NCBI RefSeq assembly: GCF_009914755.1
Contig: NC_060925.1
Length of the DNA: 64,000 nucleotides
Reading direction: 5' to 3' (one strand)
From: the human T2T-CHM13v2.0 reference genome, Homo sapiens
Shown: positions 56,901-64,000 of the stretch, piece after piece
How the letters are laid out: each line of letters opens with the position of its first letter
Position numbering within the stretch: the stretch's first letter is position 1
Program-made: the position numbers and the translations under genes
The notes under the pieces: generated by a model
Seen by the model: only the letters and a program-made list of their open reading frames with translations
Databases searched by the model: none
What the model was told of the DNA's origin: nothing

Positions 56901-59344
56901 GAGGAGGGGCTCCCTGGTCCAGCAATCCCTGAAGGATCCCAGCTGGGCCTTTTACTTGCTGTGCAACCTTGAGTGAGTTTGTCAACCTCTCTGAACCTCT
57001 CCTCATCTGTCAGAGGCGAATCCTGCTTATAACTACATCCCTGGGTTCTTTTGAGGATGAAATGAGACTTGCTGGCAGAGCCTCCCTTCCAGAAAGCAGG
57101 CTCCTACACGTGAGGCCTCGGTTTACCTGGGCGGTACTGACCATCTCCCCAGTGCCCCTGCCTGGGTTGAATGACTCTGAGAGGAGCCACTGGTGGTAAA
57201 GAACCCCCCAACTCCCGCTGTCAGGAATTGTCACCAGCTGCCACCATAAGTACCACAGCGCTGCAGCTTAGGGGTAGACCCCTTTTTACACATGGAGAAA
57301 CTGAAGCTCAGAGACGTAAATGTGCCCAGTGTCCTGCAGAGAGTGAGACAGGTCAGGGACGCCAACCCAGAGCTGCCTGGCTCTGAAGTCTATGCGGCTG
57401 CTCCCAAGGCCCTGAGCTGTGGGCTGGAATTTCCCTGTAAGGACAGGGTCGTAAGTGACAGCCCCCAGTGCTCGCAGAGGCAAAGGGCCAGAGCCTGATT
57501 TGCAACGTGCGCCTCGACAGCCATGAAGTGCTCCAGGGGGGCAGCCTTTCCCATGCCTTCCTGGGGCCACAGAGTGCAGTTGAGCTCAGCAGCTTGGAGG
57601 AGGTGCAGGGGGCCGGCCTCAGCCCCTGGGTCTCCAGGTGTGGGGACCTACATCAGGAACAGGACAGTCTTTGCAGTCCCAGCTGCTCTGTCCCCAGAGC
57701 TGGGGAGGGGAGAAGACAGAGCTGGACAAATGGCTCATCAGATCCCAGAGAGCCCTGGAAGGGGAGGAAGGGGCCTTCCCGGGCCTTGTCTGGATAGCTC
57801 AGTCCTCCCAGGAGGGGAAGAAACCAGCCTCCGCTTGCAGATTTCACCTCCCTGTGAACTCCCAAAGGGCGGGAGGCCAAGCCGCAGCTGAGGTCAGAGA
57901 AAGTAGCAGGGTGACCGTGGGGCTCCACGTGGCCCTCCCTCACTCTCTGCCACGGGCCCTCCAAAAACAGGCTTCTGCCCCTCAGCGCCTCCAACAGCCT
58001 TTCCCCACCACCAGACAAAAGATGAGCTGAGCTGCCCAGCTGGTGGATCAGGGCTCTGAGGGTGGGCTAAACCAGTAGAGGCTTCCCCCAAACTCTGATT
58101 CACCAGACGAGGAGAAACCCAGCCTTTTGGCCCCAAGAATCCCGGTGCCCCACCCTGGATCCAGCCCTGAGTGGGCCCTTAAAACTGTTTCCTCCCACCC
58201 CAAGTGCTTTGCATCTATTATTCCCTTTGTGTCAAAAAGTCTTGTCCCCATTTGCCCGGTTAATTCTAAGTCAGCCATCAGAGCTCATGACACAGGTCGC
58301 TTCCTCAGGGAAGCCTTCCGTGACTGACACCCCTCCTGGCAGACCCCTGGTCAGAATAAGTCCCTCCCTGTACCGTAGTCCACGTGGCTCTGCCAGCCCT
58401 TCCTTTGCAGCTTTGCGCATGTTAAATGTCATGTTTCGTGGATTTGTGTTGATGATAAGCTCCCGATGCAGAGATGGTAGGGACCATCTCTGCTCACGTG
58501 TCTGTCCCCAGGCCCAGAAGACAGCCTGGCACACGGCAGGTGCCTGATGAGCACTTGTGGACTGGATGGCATTGGCCAGTGTGCATCTCCCAGGAACTCT
58601 GCTGTGAACTCCGCTTGGGCAGGGACATGTCTGTTTTGTTCACCATTGTGTCCCCAAAATTCAAAGTCTTGCACCTAGAACACTCTTGTTGGATATTTGA
58701 TAATGAGTGAGTTTGCTGCAAAAGGAAAAAAAGCAAGAACAATAACAATTACCACCATAAAATAAGAAAACGGACCCAGAATAGAATTTGAGGCAAGAGA
58801 CCCTCTGAATGAGGAGATTCTAAGTCCTTTCATTCCAGAAGAATTATCCTGTGTGCTTCAGTGAGCCAAATCCCCAGGGAACAAATGACATCAGGGAAAG
58901 CTGCCTGAGCCCAGGACAAAATCAACTAAATTGCTCCAACTGGTAAACCTCCTGGCTCTCATTTCAGCCCACTGAGTCTTAGAGAGTTGGTGGCGGGGGG
59001 CGGTGGGGGGGTTGGGGGTAGAGCATAGAATAGCAGGAGTGTGACTCTAATGTAACCCAGGACAGGAAATGTTTCCAATATTCTAAATTTTGTGGACAAA
59101 GTAAAATGTCAGGAAACAGGAAGCAAAAGAGTGGCTACAATATATAAAGAATTCATTAAAATAAACAAGAAAAACATTGAGTTTAATGTAGACAAACAGA
59201 GGACGTGAAAGAATCACTTACATATGAAGAAACTAGAGTTGGGCAGTCAGCATTCATTGAATGCTTATCTGTATTAGACACTGAAGTAAGTTTTACATCT
59301 CACTTCATTAGCACAGGGAGTATAGCAAGAAAATCCAACCAAAT

Positions 59345-59702
59345 GGCCAAGCACAGTGGCTCCCACCTATAATACCAGCACTTTGGGAGGCCAAGGTGGG
59401 AGAATTACTCGAGCCCAAGAGTTCAAGAGAAGCCTGAGCAGCATAGCGAGATCTCATCTCTACAGATAAAATAATTGGCTAGGGATGGTGGCACTCACCA
59501 GTGGTTCCGGCTACTGGGGAGGCTGAGGTGGGAGGATCATTTGAGTCCAGGAGGTCGAGGCTGCAGTGAGCCATCCAGGATAATGCCACCACACTTCAGC
59601 CTGGGCGACAGAGATCCTGTCAAAAAAAAAAAAAAGAAAGAAAGAAAAAAGAAAAAGAAAGAAGAAAGAAAGAAAGAAGAAAGAAAGAAAGAAAGAAAGA
59701 AA
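59345..59702 (+). mobile_element. AluJ with (GAAA)n tail
   Basis: TSD aagaaaatccaacc(a)a; purine-rich tail 59622-59702. Confidence 0.85.
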
Positions 59703-60347
59703 ATCCAACCAACAAATGTACGTTTCTAATTTTTTTGTATATTATTTACAAAGTTCTATAATCCTTTTGTTTGTCCCAAGAAAATTCCTGCATTCCTGTC
59801 TTAATTAAATCTCTCCAACCAACCAGTTTTCTGCAGAATATAATTCATTCATTCAGGTATGAAATGATGAAAACTGTTTACATAGCCACAACCCTGATAA
59901 CTACGTCTGGGATGAAATTAATTTATTTCTGAGGCGTCTGGGTTCCGCAGATGACGTAATTACTATTGGACATTCAAACTACTCCTAAGACTCATTTAGG
60001 GTAGTTCTGAGACACACTGGCAATATGGAAATAGGTCGTAAGTTCTTGGGGCAAAGACCATGTTTTGATTTTGCTATTCTGAAAGTACCGCATGTATCTA
60101 AAGCTCCTATAAATAAACAAATCAAGATCAAATGATTGGTTGAATTGGACAAAAAGAAAAACTTACCAGCTGGAAATGGCAGCATTCCCAGTTTATATCT
60201 GACCCGGTTGGGGCTCAGAGGTTAATTAACATGGCAAGCTCACGTGCTCTGAGTTCACGTGATTGTCCTCACTCATCATCAAAGAGGGGGAAACTAAGGC
60301 AGTATTAAGAGGCTATTTTATATTTACAAAATGAATTTAAAACAAGG

Positions 60348-62884
<2,537 letters not shown>

Positions 62885-64000
62885 TCAGACACCTCTTCAT
62901 AGGAGAGCCAGAGCCTCATTCTTTCCACCCTGGGCCCAAGTTCCCCATCTCCCTGGCCATAGCCTATGATGATGGGGTAATGACCACAGGGTTCATCCCG
63001 TTAGGTCCCCATCCAGGAGCTGGCAGGCTCCTGAGCCCGGGAGGATGGGGTAGGAGGGTGTGGCTAGTCTGCGCAGCGGAGCCCCACTCTTACAAGCACA
63101 ACTCAAGGGATTGTGTTCTTGACATGATTGGCCCCAAACTGGGTCCATTTGTTTCATGGGAAAGATGGCTCTGGGTCCAGCAGAGGAGCAGGCAGCCTAT
63201 GGGTCCCCAGTCCCAGAATATAGACCTCGGGGGTCTATATCTCACCAGGGATGGTCCAATCCTCCCTTCCTACAGAGACCTCAGGCCTGTCAGCACCAAA
63301 CGCCTCCCCAGGGAGAGAAGAAAGTTACAGATGGCAGGGACAAAGCATTCGGGTTTTCATTTCCTCCACGGGGTGTTGGCCACATTGGAACGTCTGTGAC
63401 TGCGAGAACGGGGGCCAAATGCTCCCACGTGCTTGCCAAGCTGCGAGTACAATTCCTCCTCCTCCACCCTCTCTCCAGGGGATGCTCGCTTCCCAAGCAG
63501 CTGCATTTTTTTTTTCTCCTCCTCAGTTCTGGAGAAGGTTGATACTGAGTTCCCATTTTACAGAAACCCAAACTGAGACTGCAGGGCCTGAAGCCAGGAT
63601 GGGAATGACAGAGCCAGAAGGACTGGCTCCCAATGACGAGCCTCCCAGAGGGCTCGTCTGTCCTGGGTCCTCCATGTGGTGGACAGGATCAGAGGGTGCC
63701 CTCGTTAGGGAGATGGGGTCGCCTCAATTCAACAACAGGAGGACAATCTACCAAGAAGCCCAAGGGCGAATCTCAGCTCATGACCTTGGCGTGGCCCCTG
63801 CTATTTCCTGGCCCGTAACACTGCCCCGCGGCCCTGTGCTTCTGCTCTGCCCAGCTCTCGACCTCAGCTCACACCACTCTCCTTACACAGGTGTCCCTCC
63901 TGTCATTCGGACCTCAGCTCAAAGGCCACCTCCTCTGAGAGGCCTGTGCTGACAGCCCCCACCAAAGCTGCCCTCCAAGGATTCCATCCACCTGGCATTT

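Overview
Human/great-ape-type genomic DNA. Bases 1-28190 are the 3' end of VPS13D on the + strand (gene recognised from its C-terminal peptide; 1p36 from memory): part of a long intron, the last three coding exons (13643-13774, 22996-23236, 25036-25167, ending ...[12 protein letters not shown]), a ~3 kb Alu-free 3' UTR with several poly(A) signals, and the H/ACA snoRNA SNORA59A (23389-23540) in the last intron. The rest is intergenic and very Alu-dense (about 39 Alu pieces by eye, versus about 9 inside the gene). It also has old L1/L2/MIR, MaLR/ERVL LTRs, MER33, a split MADE1 and a Y3 RNA pseudogene. No other protein-coding gene is supported; most ORF-track entries are Alu-derived or chance ORFs. 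I found no clear new multi-gene system. Most notable observations: SNORA59A appears to be built from a MIR SINE and exposes a U1-like AUACUUAC; a consensus-flanked 38-nt cryptic exon in the same intron would give an NMD-escaping alternative VPS13D C-terminus; a ~129-nt pri-miRNA-like hairpin sits next to a small CpG-rich patch; and a ~100-bp templated insertion lies inside an Alu, copied from 1968 bp away. Repeat family calls rest on remembered consensus sequences, and their boundaries are approximate.
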